64,000 nt of DNA, from assembly GCA_025453395.1 (NCBI GenBank), contig JALOQK010000002.1:21625-85624 (forward strand), given 5' to 3'. Made by a program: the position numbers and the translations under genes. Source of the DNA: Candidatus Omnitrophota bacterium. GTDB taxonomy: Bacteria > Omnitrophota > Gorgyraeia > Gygaellales > Profunditerraquicolaceae. Positions 9,101-19,173 of this stretch are shown here, piece after piece (position 1 is the first letter of the stretch; every line of letters starts with the position of its first letter). The notes below the pieces were generated by a model. That model was not told where the DNA came from. It was given only the letters and a program-made list of their open reading frames with translations, and made no database searches.

Positions 9101-10084
9101 ATGAGAATAATCGTAGACGCGATGGGCGGTGATTACGCGCCACAAGTAGTGATAGAAGGCGCGATTGCCGCGGTTAAGGAATACGGTAAAGAAGTGGTTT
9201 TAGTGGGAGACCAGCAGAAAGTTGAAGCCCTGCTTGGCAAGCATCGTTATTCTGGGGATAAGATCTCTGTTGTGCATGCTGCGGATGCCATTGAAATGCA
9301 TGAGCCGGCAGCTAATAGCGTGCGCAGGAAACGCAATTCTTCCATTGTTATCGGCCTTAATCTTATTAAAGAAGGCAAAGGCGACGCTTTTTTCAGCGCC
9401 GGCAATACCGGAGCGGTAGTTTGCGCGGCTACTTTATCTTTAGGGCTCTTGCCCGGCATTGAAAGGCCAGGCATTGCCATAGTCACGCCTACCTTAAAGG
9501 GGATTTCCCTTATTGTGGATGTGGGCGCCAATATTACTGCTAAGCCGGAGCATCTCTTGCAATACGGCATTATGGCCGCGGCTTACAGCAAATTCATTTT
9601 GAATAAACCCAACCCTACCATCGGGCTTTTAAATGTAGGCGAAGAGGAGTCTAAGGGTACAGATTTTCTAAAAGAAACCTTTGAGCTTTTAAGCAAAAGC
9701 AAAGTCAATTTTATCGGCAATGTTGAGGGGAAAGATTTATTTTCCGGCAGGGTAGATGTTATTGTTTGCGACGGTTTTGTGGGCAATGTCGCTTTAAAGG
9801 TCATTGAAAGCACCGCCGAAGCCATTCAGATATTCTTAAAAAGGCACCTTCAGAAAAGCAGCATCTTCGGAAAATTCGGGCTGTTGCTTTTGCGGCCTAC
9901 CTTTATTCGTTTCAAAAAAGATATGGATTATTCAGAATATGGAGGGGCGCCGTTGTTGGGAGTAAACGGCGTAGTCATCATCGGCCACGGCAGGTCTAAT
10001 GCCAAGGCGATCAAGAATGCCATTCGTATTGCCGCGGAAGAAGTAGAGCGCAAAGTAAATGATAAGATCTTAGAGTCTTTGTGA
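9101..10084 (+). CDS. plsX: Phosphate acyltransferase PlsX
   Basis: DAMGGDYAP, SAGNTGA, CDGFVGNVALK, GGAPLLG. Confidence 0.97.
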   Translation: MRIIVDAMGGDYAPQVVIEGAIAAVKEYGKEVVLVGDQQKVEALLGKHRYSGDKISVVHAADAIEMHEPAANSVRRKRNSSIVIGLNLIKEGKGDAFFSAGNTGAVVCAATLSLGLLPGIERPGIAIVTPTLKGISLIVDVGANITAKPEHLLQYGIMAAAYSKFILNKPNPTIGLLNVGEEESKGTDFLKETFELLSKSKVNFIGNVEGKDLFSGRVDVIVCDGFVGNVALKVIESTAEAIQIFLKRHLQKSSIFGKFGLLLLRPTFIRFKKDMDYSEYGGAPLLGVNGVVIIGHGRSNAKAIKNAIRIAAEEVERKVNDKILESL

Positions 10085-10116
10085 CCCGCGCATAATCAAG
10101 TTATCCCGGAGAGAAA

Positions 10117-11094
10117 ATGAATAGTGTCGGAATAATCGGAATAGGAAAATACCTGCCGAAAAAGGTCCTTACAAATCAGGACTTGGAAAAAATGGTGGAT
10201 ACTTCCGATGAATGGATTACTACCCGCACCGGAATTCAAGAAAGGCGTATTGCCGCGAAGAATGAAGCGTGTTCGGATTTAGCTTTAAAAGCAGCGCAGG
10301 ACGCTTTAAGTGATTCCAAAATAAACCCTTTAGATTTAGATCTGATTATTGTGGCAACTGTTACCGCGGATATGCATTTCCCTTCGGTGGCCTGTATTGT
10401 GCAAAGCAATCTGGGGGCTAAAAACGCTATTTGTTTTGATGTAAGCGCTGCCTGTGCCGGGTTTATCTACGCGCTTATAGTCGCCAAGCAATTTATTGCC
10501 CGCGGAAGCGTTAAGCATGCTTTAGTCATCGGAAGCGAGGTAATGTCTTATATTACTGATTGGACAGACAGAAATACTTGTGTTCTTTTCGGGGATGGTT
10601 CAGCGGCAGCAGTCTTGGGGCAGGTTAAGTCTGGGGGGATTATCGCCAGCCACTTAGGCTCTGATGGCTCAGTGCATGATATCTTAAATGTCCCTGCCGG
10701 AGGGTCCCGGATGCCTTTGACCAAGGATAATATTGATAAAAACATGCAATATATTAAGATGCGCGGCAATGAATTATTTAAGATGGCGGTTAATGCCATG
10801 AGCGACGCGGCTAAAAAGGCCCTGGAAAAGGCGCATTTAAAAGTAGAGGATGTGAATTTACTTATTCCGCATCAGGCGAATCAGCGCATTATTGCCGCGG
10901 TAGCCAAAAAATTGAACTTGAGCATGGATAAAGTATACCTTAATATAGCCCGTTACGGTAATATGTCTTCGGCTTCTGTGGCTGTGGCTTTATGCGAAGC
11001 GGTAAAAGAAGGCCGGATTAAGAAAGGCGATATCATTGTTTTAGATTCTTTTGGCGCGGGGCTTGTTTGGGCAGCTTGTGTTATAAAATGGTGA
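10117..11094 (+). CDS. fabH: Beta-ketoacyl-ACP synthase III
   Basis: DTSDEWITTRTGI, AACAGF, PHQAN, GNMS. Confidence 0.96.
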   Translation: MNSVGIIGIGKYLPKKVLTNQDLEKMVDTSDEWITTRTGIQERRIAAKNEACSDLALKAAQDALSDSKINPLDLDLIIVATVTADMHFPSVACIVQSNLGAKNAICFDVSAACAGFIYALIVAKQFIARGSVKHALVIGSEVMSYITDWTDRNTCVLFGDGSAAAVLGQVKSGGIIASHLGSDGSVHDILNVPAGGSRMPLTKDNIDKNMQYIKMRGNELFKMAVNAMSDAAKKALEKAHLKVEDVNLLIPHQANQRIIAAVAKKLNLSMDKVYLNIARYGNMSSASVAVALCEAVKEGRIKKGDIIVLDSFGAGLVWAACVIKW

Positions 11095-11104
11095 TTTTGT
11101 ATTT

Positions 11105-11139
11105 GCTGATAGCTGATAGCTGATGACTGAAAGCTGATA
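11105..11139. repeat. Heptamer array (GCTGATA)x5, degenerate
   Basis: GCTGATA GCTGATA GCTGATG ACTGAAA GCTGATA; reverse complement of the TATCAGC unit. Confidence 0.88.
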
Positions 11140-11141
11140 AT

Positions 11142-12077
11142 ATGGATAAATGCGCATTTTTATTCGCTGGGCAGGGCAGTCAATATATAGGCATGGGCAA
11201 GGACCTTTATGAATCTTTCCCGGCAAGCCGGCAGATCTTTGACCGGGCCGAAGAGGTCTTAGGTTTTGACTTGAAAAGGCGCGTATTTGAAGGGCCGCAG
11301 GAATTGCTGCGCATGACAAGCGTCTCGCAGCCAGCAATTCTTACTGTAAGTTTAGCTTGTTATGAAGCTTTTAAATCATCTGACATCTGTCCTCTGTCCT
11401 CTGTGCAGTATACAGCAGGACTAAGTCTAGGTGAATACACTGCTTTAATAGCAGCAGGCAGTATTTCCTTTAAAGACGGGATTCTTTTGGTGAGAAAAAG
11501 AGGGGAATTAATGGAGGAGGCGGCAACTAAACATCCCGGAAAGATGGCCGCAGTGCTAGATCTTTCTTTGGATGCCTTAAAAGAAATCTGCGCTAAAACG
11601 CATGCTGAAATCGCCAATCTTAATTGCCCGGGACAGGTAGTTATTTCCGGAAAAGCTGAAGCTGTGGACAAGGCCATGGAACTATGTGTCCAGGCGCAAG
11701 CCAAGAGGGTTATTCCTCTTGAAGTAAGCGGCGGTTTTCATTCTTCGCTTATGAAAGAGGCGTCCGTAGAGTTTAGTAAGGTTTTGGATACGGTAGAGAT
11801 ACTCCCGGCTAAGATACCGGTGGTTAGTAATTATACCGCGTCTGTGCAGGCTCAGCCCGGAGAGATCAAGGCTAATCTAGTGGCGCAGATGTATTCTTCG
11901 GTGCGCTGGGAAGAGTCTATGCGGTTTATGATCGCTGAAGGGGTTTCAAAGTTTTACGAATTTGGCCCGGGCAAGGTATTAAAAGGTTTAGCCCGCAAGA
12001 TTGACGCGCAAGCAAATGTGCTAAACATAGAAAAAAGAGATGATGTTATTAACCTTCAAAAGGATGAGGTGAAATAA
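11142..12077 (+). CDS. fabD: Malonyl-CoA:ACP transacylase
   Basis: FAGQGSQ, GLSLGEY, VSGGFHS, VRWEES. Confidence 0.95.
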   Translation: MDKCAFLFAGQGSQYIGMGKDLYESFPASRQIFDRAEEVLGFDLKRRVFEGPQELLRMTSVSQPAILTVSLACYEAFKSSDICPLSSVQYTAGLSLGEYTALIAAGSISFKDGILLVRKRGELMEEAATKHPGKMAAVLDLSLDALKEICAKTHAEIANLNCPGQVVISGKAEAVDKAMELCVQAQAKRVIPLEVSGGFHSSLMKEASVEFSKVLDTVEILPAKIPVVSNYTASVQAQPGEIKANLVAQMYSSVRWEESMRFMIAEGVSKFYEFGPGKVLKGLARKIDAQANVLNIEKRDDVINLQKDEVK

Positions 12078-12820
12078 TGGACCTTAACGGCAGGGTAGCT
12101 TTTATTACTGGAGGCGCTCAAGGCATAGGAAGACAGATAGTTTTAGCTTTTGCTAAAGCAGGCGCGGATATTGCTATTGGCGATGTGAACATGGAAAAGG
12201 CAGCTCAAACCGTAAAAGAGGTTGAGGTTTTGGGTAGAAAAGCCATCGCTGTAGAGCTTAATGTCACGGATATCAAACAGGTGGAGCAGGCTTTAAACAA
12301 AATTCTTGACAAATTTACAAGGGTTGATATATTAGTTAACAATGCCGGCATCACTCGCGACAATTTGATGCTTAGAATCAGCGACGCAGACTGGGATGCG
12401 GTAATAAATGTTAACCTTAAGGGCACATTTAACTGCACCAAAGCAGTCTCAAAGGTTATGATTAAGCAACGGCAGGGTAAGATAGTAAATATCGCTTCGA
12501 TCATTGGGATAATCGGGAATGCAGGGCAGGCTAATTATGCTGCTTCTAAGGCAGGGATAATCGCTCTTACCAAGACTACGGCAAAAGAATTCGCCAGCCG
12601 TAACATAAACGTAAACGCGATTGCTCCCGGGTTTATCCAGACGGATATGACCGCAAAACTGCCTGAAGAAGTAAGAACAAAAATGCTTGCTGCTATTCCG
12701 TTGAATAGATTTGGACAGCCGCAGGATGTTGCCAATTTGTGCTTGTTTTTAGCTAGTGAAGAATCAAGCTACATTACCGGGCAGACAGTAGTTATTGACG
12801 GCGGCATGGTGATGGCATAA
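12077..12820 (+). CDS. fabG: 3-oxoacyl-ACP reductase
   Basis: TGGAQGIG, NNAGITRD, YAASK. Confidence 0.96.
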   Translation: MDLNGRVAFITGGAQGIGRQIVLAFAKAGADIAIGDVNMEKAAQTVKEVEVLGRKAIAVELNVTDIKQVEQALNKILDKFTRVDILVNNAGITRDNLMLRISDADWDAVINVNLKGTFNCTKAVSKVMIKQRQGKIVNIASIIGIIGNAGQANYAASKAGIIALTKTTAKEFASRNINVNAIAPGFIQTDMTAKLPEEVRTKMLAAIPLNRFGQPQDVANLCLFLASEESSYITGQTVVIDGGMVMA

Positions 12821-12850
12821 ACATAAGGACAATATAAAGGAGGAACCAGA

Positions 12851-13087
12851 ATGGCAGTGCAAGAAAAAGTGAAGTCCATAATCGCTGAACAGCTTGGTGT
12901 AAAACCAGAAGAGGTAACTCCGGAAGCATCTTTTGTGGATGACCTGGGTGCTGATTCTTTGGATACTGTGGAATTGGTTATGGCGTTAGAAGAAGAATTC
13001 GGTGTTGAGATCCCGGATGGGGACGCGGAAAAAATCACTACCGTAGGAGACGCGATCAAATATATTGAAGAAAAATCCGCTAAATAA
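12851..13087 (+). CDS. acpP: Acyl carrier protein
   Basis: [14 protein letters not shown]. Confidence 0.98.
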   Translation: MAVQEKVKSIIAEQLGVKPEEVTPEASFVDDLGADSLDTVELVMALEEEFGVEIPDGDAEKITTVGDAIKYIEEKSAK

Positions 13088-13112
13088 CGTGTAGATAATA
13101 ACAAAAAATAAT

Positions 13113-13150
13113 GTTACCCCGCCTTTATTTATCATGGCGGGGTAACTTTT
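13113..13150 (+). terminator. Intrinsic terminator-like hairpin after acpP
   Basis: GTTACCCCGCC...GGCGGGGTAAC followed by TTTT. Confidence 0.7.
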
Positions 13151-13178
13151 GTAAGGTTAAAAGGGGCAAAAAAAGATT

Positions 13179-14426
13179 ATGCAGCAAAGAAAAGTAGCAG
13201 TTACAGGTTTAGGGGTTATCTCGCCAGTGGGTAATGACGTAGCTAGCTTTTGGGGAGCTTTAAAAGAAGGCAAAAGCGGCATTGGCCCTTTAACTACCTT
13301 TGACGCATCCAAGTTTGATTCGCGCATTGCCGGAGAAGTAAGGAATTTTGACCCGACCTTGTATGGCATTTCTTTAAAAGATACCAGGCGTATGGATCGT
13401 TTTGTGCAATATGCTGTGGCGGCAGCAAAGCAGGCCTTGGTGGATTCAGGCCTTGATATGGCAGAAGAAAACGCAAATCGTATTGGAGTTATCATGGGCT
13501 CAGGTATCGGAGGTTTGGATACCATTGAGAAAGAGCACAGTATTTACCTTAATAAGGGCCCGTCACGGCTTTCCCCATTTTTGATCCCGATGCTTATTAT
13601 TAATGAAGCTGCCGGACAGGTCGCGATTAATTTTGGGTTTAAAGGCCCTAATTCCTGCGTGGCTACCGCTTGCGCATCAGGCTCGCATTCTATCGGGGAT
13701 GCTTTTCGCCTGATTGAGCATGGCGACGCTGACATTATGTTTGCCGGAGGCACGGAAAGCTGTATCGTTCCTACAGGTGTTGGCGGGTTCTGCGCTCTAA
13801 AAGCGCTTTCTACTCGTAATGACCGTCCGCAGCAGGCCAGCCGCCCTTTTGAGCGCGACCGCGACGGTTTTATTATGGCTGAAGGATGCGGGGTAGTGGT
13901 CCTGGAAGAATTGGAACGCGCTAAGAAAAGAAACGCTCATATTTATGGCCAGATCATAGGATATGGGATGTCTTGTGACGCGTATCATATTACTGCTCCT
14001 GATCCGCAGGGCGATGGCGCTTGCCGGGCGATGCTTCTTGCCCTTGAGGATGGCGCGATCAATCCCGAAGAAATAAGTTATATTAACGCCCATGGCACTT
14101 CTACTAAGCTGAATGATAAACTGGAAACCTTGGCGATTAAGAGGGCTTTGGGGGATTATGCCAATAAAGTAATGGTTTCTTCCACAAAATCCATGACCGG
14201 GCATTTATTAGGCGCCGCAGGAGGAGTAGAATTTATTGTGTGTTGTTTGGCGATCAAAGACCAGGTTGTCCCTCCCACTATTAATTATGATAATCCCGAT
14301 CCGGAATGTGATTTGGATTATGTGCCTAACATTGCGCGTAAATGCAATGTAAATATCTGCATGTCTAATTCCCTCGGGTTTGGCGGGCATAATGCCAGTC
14401 TGGTAGTAAAAAAATTTAAGGGTTAA
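13179..14426 (+). CDS. fabF: Beta-ketoacyl-ACP synthase II
   Basis: TACASG, NAHGTST, KSMTGHLLGAAG, GFGGHN. Confidence 0.96.
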   Translation: MQQRKVAVTGLGVISPVGNDVASFWGALKEGKSGIGPLTTFDASKFDSRIAGEVRNFDPTLYGISLKDTRRMDRFVQYAVAAAKQALVDSGLDMAEENANRIGVIMGSGIGGLDTIEKEHSIYLNKGPSRLSPFLIPMLIINEAAGQVAINFGFKGPNSCVATACASGSHSIGDAFRLIEHGDADIMFAGGTESCIVPTGVGGFCALKALSTRNDRPQQASRPFERDRDGFIMAEGCGVVVLEELERAKKRNAHIYGQIIGYGMSCDAYHITAPDPQGDGACRAMLLALEDGAINPEEISYINAHGTSTKLNDKLETLAIKRALGDYANKVMVSSTKSMTGHLLGAAGGVEFIVCCLAIKDQVVPPTINYDNPDPECDLDYVPNIARKCNVNICMSNSLGFGGHNASLVVKKFKG

Positions 14427-14427
14427 G

Positions 14428-14447
14428 CCTGTCTGCCGGTAGGCGGG
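14428..14447. repeat. 20-nt GC-rich palindrome (CCTGCCTGCCGGCAGGCAGG type)
   Basis: CCTGTCTGCCGGTAGGCGGG; second copy at 56758..56778. Confidence 0.7.
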
Positions 14448-14466
14448 GGGTTAAGGGGTATGGGTT

Positions 14467-15762
14467 ATGGGCTATACAATAGCTGAAAAAATCTTAATGG
14501 CGCACGCCGGAAAAAAGGATATTCATCCGGGTGAGTTTATTGAAGCCAAAGTCGATATCGCTTTAGGCAATGATATTACCGCGCCTTTGGCGATTGAAGA
14601 ATTTAAGAAGACAGGAGTAAAGAAAGTATTCGATAATAAGAAAATAGTTCTGGTGCCGGATCATTTTGCCCCTGCTAAAGATTTAAAAAGCGCCAATCAA
14701 TGCAAAATTCTGGCTAATTTTGCCCAAGAGCAAAAGATCAAGAATTATTTTGAGGTAGGTTGTATGGGCATAGAGCATGCCCTCTTGCCGGAAAAAGGGA
14801 TAGTCGGGCCCGGATATTTGGTGATCGGGGCCGATTCTCATACCTGTACCTATGGGGCCTTAGGCGCTTATGCTACTGGGGTTGGCTCAACGGATTTAGC
14901 GCGCGCTTTCATAGACGGGGAATGCTGGTTTAAAGTTCCGGCATCGGTTAAATTTGTTTATAAAGGAAAATTAAAGAAGTGGGTTGGCGGGAAAGACCTT
15001 ATACTTTTTACTATTGGGCAGATCGGTGTTGATGGGGCCCTGTACAAAGCAATGGAATTTACCGGCCCTGTTATAGATAAGCTTCCCATGGATGATCGTT
15101 TTTCTATGTCAAATATGGCCATAGAAGCCGGAGCCCGGGCAGGGTTGATTAACCCGGACGAGATTACTTTAAGTTATATGGAAGAAAGTCAAAAGTCAAA
15201 AGTCAAAAGTCAAAAGTTCAGAGCAAAAGTTAAAAGCTTAAGATCAGATGATGATGCTGTATATGAGAAAGTTTATGATTGGGATGTGAGTAATTTAGAG
15301 CCGCAGGTCGCCTGTCCGCATTTACCAAGCAACACTAAACCTGTGGGAGAGTTGAGTAATATTACTGTTGACCAGGTAGTCATTGGTTCTTGCACTAACG
15401 GCAGGATTGCTGATTTGCGCACCGCAGGCAAGATTCTAAAGGGCAAGAAAATAAAACCTGGTTTGCGTTTGATTGTTATCCCGGCAACCCAGAAAATCTA
15501 TCTGGAAGCAGTCCAAGAGGGTTTGGCAGAAATATTTGTCAAAGCAGGCGGGGTTTTCTCTACGCCTACCTGCGGCCCGTGTTTAGGCGGACATATGGGT
15601 ATTTTAACTGAAGGCGAAAGGTGCCTGGCCACAACCAATAGAAATTTTATTGGCAGGATGGGGCATCCTAAATCCGAGGTTTATTTGTCAAGCCCCGCGG
15701 TCGCCGCCGCAGCGGCAGTTACAGGAAGGATTACGCATCCCGAAGAAATAAATAAACAATAA
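14467..15762 (+). CDS. leuC: 3-isopropylmalate dehydratase large subunit
   Basis: [28 protein letters not shown]; followed by leuD and leuB. Confidence 0.92.
   Translation: MGYTIAEKILMAHAGKKDIHPGEFIEAKVDIALGNDITAPLAIEEFKKTGVKKVFDNKKIVLVPDHFAPAKDLKSANQCKILANFAQEQKIKNYFEVGCMGIEHALLPEKGIVGPGYLVIGADSHTCTYGALGAYATGVGSTDLARAFIDGECWFKVPASVKFVYKGKLKKWVGGKDLILFTIGQIGVDGALYKAMEFTGPVIDKLPMDDRFSMSNMAIEAGARAGLINPDEITLSYMEESQKSKVKSQKFRAKVKSLRSDDDAVYEKVYDWDVSNLEPQVACPHLPSNTKPVGELSNITVDQVVIGSCTNGRIADLRTAGKILKGKKIKPGLRLIVIPATQKIYLEAVQEGLAEIFVKAGGVFSTPTCGPCLGGHMGILTEGERCLATTNRNFIGRMGHPKSEVYLSSPAVAAAAAVTGRITHPEEINKQ
15185..15237 (+). repeat. Heptamer array (AAAGTCA)x4+ in frame inside leuC
   Basis: Encodes [17 protein letters not shown]. 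Confidence 0.9.
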
Positions 15763-15843
15763 CCAATACCCAAATCTGTTTGGTCAATTGGTTATTGATT
15801 ATTGGGTATTGTTTGGTGTTTCCAGATTTGGTGTTTGGTGATT
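15755..15843. repeat. Imperfect palindromic heptamer element (CAATAAC / ATTGGTT family)
   Basis: AACAATAACCAATACCCAAAT...ATTGGTTATTGATTATTGGGTATTGTTTGG between leuC and leuD. Confidence 0.7.
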
Positions 15844-15862
15844 AAATAAACAGGTATAGCTA

Positions 15863-16351
15863 ATGATTATTAAAGGTAACGCTCATAAATTTGGTGATGA
15901 CATTAATACCGATGATATTATTGCCGCTAAGTATTTGGTGACTACAGATGCCAAGGAATTAGGCAGCCGCTGTATGGAAACTATCCAGCCGGATTTTGTG
16001 AAAAAAGTCAAAGAAGGCGATATTATTGTTGCCGGGAAGAATTTCGGATGCGGCTCTTCAAGAGAGCACGCCCCATTGGCAATTAAAGGATGCGGGATAA
16101 AAGCAGTGATTGCCAAAAGTTTCGCCGGAATATTCTTTAGAAACGCCATTAACATAGGATTGCCATTCTTAGAATCAGAAGCTGTTGAAGAATTAAAACA
16201 AGGTGATTTGCTGGAAATAGATCTATCAAGCGGGGTAATTAAGAATTTAACTGAAGGTAAAGATTATAAGGCCCAAGGTTTCCCGCAGTTTTTGCAGGAT
16301 ATCGTTAAACATGGCGGGCTTTTAAATTATGTAACAAAGAAAGGCAGATAG
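15863..16351 (+). CDS. leuD: 3-isopropylmalate dehydratase small subunit
   Basis: DDINTDDII, NFGCGSSREHA, IFFRNAINIG. Confidence 0.93.
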   Translation: MIIKGNAHKFGDDINTDDIIAAKYLVTTDAKELGSRCMETIQPDFVKKVKEGDIIVAGKNFGCGSSREHAPLAIKGCGIKAVIAKSFAGIFFRNAINIGLPFLESEAVEELKQGDLLEIDLSSGVIKNLTEGKDYKAQGFPQFLQDIVKHGGLLNYVTKKGR

Positions 16352-16353
16352 GT

Positions 16354-17403
16354 ATGCATAAAATAGCGGTAATACCCGGAGACGGCACCGGGCCAGAGGT
16401 TGTGCGTGAAGGCTTGAAGGTTTTGGAAGAGGCTTCCAAGAAATTTGGTTTTGCATACGAAACCAAGACTTTTGATTTTGGAGCAGCAAGATACCTGAAA
16501 TCCGGCAAGACCATTGATGATAATGATATTGTTGAACTGAAGAAGTATTCGGCAATTTTCTTAGGCGCTATTGGGCATCCGGATGTAAAACCCGGAATAC
16601 TTGAAACAGGGATATTATTGAAGCTTCGTTTCGCGCTTGATCAATATATCAACCTGCGCCCGGTGAAATTGTATAATCCTGATTTTTGCCCTTTGAAGGA
16701 TAAAAAGCCAGAGGATATAGATTTTGTGGTAGTAAGGGAAAATTCTGAAGGGCTTTACAAGGGCATGGGTGAGTTTCAGAATAAAGGCACAAAAGATGAA
16801 GTGGCGATCCAGCTTTCCTATAATACCAAGAAGGGCGTGGATAGGTGTCTTCGCTATGCCTTTGATTATACCAGAGCCAGAAACAAGAGAAAGAAACTTA
16901 CGCTTTGCGGAAAGACTAATGTTTTAACTTACGCCTGGGATCTTTGGGAACGCAGCTTTTATGAGGTAGCAAAAGAATACCCGGATGTTACTGTTGATTA
17001 TGCCCACGTGGATGCCACGACTATGTGGTTTGTAAAGAATCCGGAATGGTTTGATGTGATTGTTACCGACAACATGTTTGGCGATATTATCACGGATTTA
17101 GGCGCGATGATCCAGGGAGGCATGGGTATTGCCGCCGGAGGCAATATTAATCCCCAAGGCGTCTCTATGTTTGAGCCTATTGGCGGAAGCGCCCCTAAAT
17201 ATACCGGGAAAGACGTGATTAACCCATTGGCGGCAATCTGCGCCTGTGGCATGATGCTTGAGTCATTGGGAGAAACAAAAGCCGCTCTGGCGATAGAAAA
17301 AGCGGTGATTAAAATTGTCGCGGAGAAATTAAAAAGCCTTGCCGCAGGTAAAATGGGGTATTCTACAAGTCAAATCGGTGATATGGTGGCAGAGCGCCTT
17401 TAA
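16354..17403 (+). CDS. leuB: 3-isopropylmalate dehydrogenase
   Basis: IPGDGTGPEV, NLRP, VVRENSEG, NMFGDIITD, EPIGGSAP. Confidence 0.9.
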   Translation: MHKIAVIPGDGTGPEVVREGLKVLEEASKKFGFAYETKTFDFGAARYLKSGKTIDDNDIVELKKYSAIFLGAIGHPDVKPGILETGILLKLRFALDQYINLRPVKLYNPDFCPLKDKKPEDIDFVVVRENSEGLYKGMGEFQNKGTKDEVAIQLSYNTKKGVDRCLRYAFDYTRARNKRKKLTLCGKTNVLTYAWDLWERSFYEVAKEYPDVTVDYAHVDATTMWFVKNPEWFDVIVTDNMFGDIITDLGAMIQGGMGIAAGGNINPQGVSMFEPIGGSAPKYTGKDVINPLAAICACGMMLESLGETKAALAIEKAVIKIVAEKLKSLAAGKMGYSTSQIGDMVAERL

Positions 17404-17421
17404 AATATTTAGGAGAGAAAG

Positions 17422-18435
17422 ATGAAAAAGTATAATGTCGCAGTAGTGGGGGTTGGCGTAGTAGGCCTTGAAATGTTAAAGGTCCTCGGCCAGCGTAATT
17501 TTCCTGTCGGCCATTTAAAGGTATTAGCGCGTTCCGCGCGTGAAATAGAGCTGGATGGGCGTAAATATTCCGTGGAGGCGATTTCATCGGATTCTTTTAA
17601 GGGGGTAAATATTGCTTTATTCGCCGGCACCGAAGGCGAAAAAGGCGCGGCAGTTACTTATGCCAAGGATGCCATTAAGCATGGCGCGGTTGTGATTGAT
17701 AATGGAGCAGATTTTCGTATGGACCCAAAAGTTCCTTTGGTCGTGCCGGAGGTAAACGCTAAAGATGCCAAGAAGCACCACGGTATTATCGCAAATCCTA
17801 ATTGTTCTACTATCCAGATGGTCGTAGCCTTGGCGCCTATTTATAAAAAGGCCGGGATCAAAAGGGTCATCGTTACCACTCTTCAGGCGTCCAGCGGCGC
17901 AGGAAGAGGTGCGGTTGAGCAATTAAAGGATGAGGTTTCTCTTATTTCCGGAGTGGGGTTTGGCAATGTGCATGTAAATACAGAGAACAAGGCTATGCCG
18001 CAGCAGTTGGCATATAATGTTTTTCCTCATATCGGCAGTTTCGCGGAACTGGATTACACAAGTGAAGAATGGAAGCTTGTCAAAGAAACCCATAAGATCA
18101 TGCATGATGATTCCATTAATATTTCCGCTACTACCGTGCGTGTTCCGGTTAGGACCGGGCACTCCGAATCCATATATATAGAAACAGAGAAAACTGTATC
18201 TGCGGAAAAGGCAAGAGATATTTTAACCAAGGCTGCGGGGATAAAAGTTATTGATGACCCTAAAAATAATCTGTATCCCATGCCTAAAGATGTTGAAGGC
18301 AAAGATGAAACCTTTGTCGGGCGCATCCGTAAAGACCCGTTTGTGAAAAATGGGCTATGGCTTTGGGTTGTCGCGGATAATTTGCGCAAAGGCGCAGCCA
18401 CCAATGCGGTGCAGATCGCAGAATGCCTGATTTAA
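17422..18435 (+). CDS. asd: Aspartate-semialdehyde dehydrogenase
   Basis: PLVVPEVN, IANPNCST, VRVPV..GHSE, DNLRKGAATN. Confidence 0.95.
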   Translation: MKKYNVAVVGVGVVGLEMLKVLGQRNFPVGHLKVLARSAREIELDGRKYSVEAISSDSFKGVNIALFAGTEGEKGAAVTYAKDAIKHGAVVIDNGADFRMDPKVPLVVPEVNAKDAKKHHGIIANPNCSTIQMVVALAPIYKKAGIKRVIVTTLQASSGAGRGAVEQLKDEVSLISGVGFGNVHVNTENKAMPQQLAYNVFPHIGSFAELDYTSEEWKLVKETHKIMHDDSINISATTVRVPVRTGHSESIYIETEKTVSAEKARDILTKAAGIKVIDDPKNNLYPMPKDVEGKDETFVGRIRKDPFVKNGLWLWVVADNLRKGAATNAVQIAECLI

Positions 18436-19172
18436 AACGTAATCTCAGGATACTTTTAGAATACGACGGTACGCGTTATCAGGGCTGGCAAAAACAAAAA
18501 CACACCCAAGATACTATCCAGCAGGTTTTAGAGGCTGCCCTGCAAAAGCTTTTTAAGCAAAAAATAGCAGTTTATTCTTCCGGAAGAACCGACGCTGGAG
18601 TCCACGCTTTAAACCAAACCGCAAATTTTATCGTCAGCACAAAAATACCCAATAAAAGGATTTTATTAGGCGTTAACGCGTTTTTGCCTAAAGACATCGT
18701 GGTTAAAAAAGTAACCGATGCGCCTTCTTCTTTTCATAGCCGTTTTTCCTGCCGTTACAAAACTTACCGTTATGCTATCGTTAATCGTCATTATCACGCG
18801 GCTTTGGCCAGGCATTATAGTTACTTGTATCCCTGGAAACTGGATCTTGAGTTTATGCGCAAAGAATCCAAGGCGCTTATCGGCAGGCACGATTTCCGTT
18901 CGTTTTGCAGCTCAAATACGCTTAAGCAAAATTGCGTTAGAACCATAAAGAAGATCGCTATAACAAAGGATAAAGATAAAGTGTATATAGATGTACAAGC
19001 CGATGGATTCCTTTATAATATGGTGCGAAGTATTGTCGGGACACTTCTTCTTGCGGGAAGGGGTAAGTTAAAAAGAGGGCGTTTATTAGAGATATTGAAA
19101 TCAAAAGACAGGAAAAAAGCCGGGCCGGTTGTTCCGGCAAAAGGCTTATGCCTTATCAGAGAGCAATATTAA
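18423..19172 (+). CDS. truA: tRNA pseudouridine(38-40) synthase
   Basis: YDGTRYQGWQ, SGRTDAGVHA, FLYNMVR. Confidence 0.95.
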   Translation: MPDLKRNLRILLEYDGTRYQGWQKQKHTQDTIQQVLEAALQKLFKQKIAVYSSGRTDAGVHALNQTANFIVSTKIPNKRILLGVNAFLPKDIVVKKVTDAPSSFHSRFSCRYKTYRYAIVNRHYHAALARHYSYLYPWKLDLEFMRKESKALIGRHDFRSFCSSNTLKQNCVRTIKKIAITKDKDKVYIDVQADGFLYNMVRSIVGTLLLAGRGKLKRGRLLEILKSKDRKKAGPVVPAKGLCLIREQY

Positions 19173-19173
19173 C

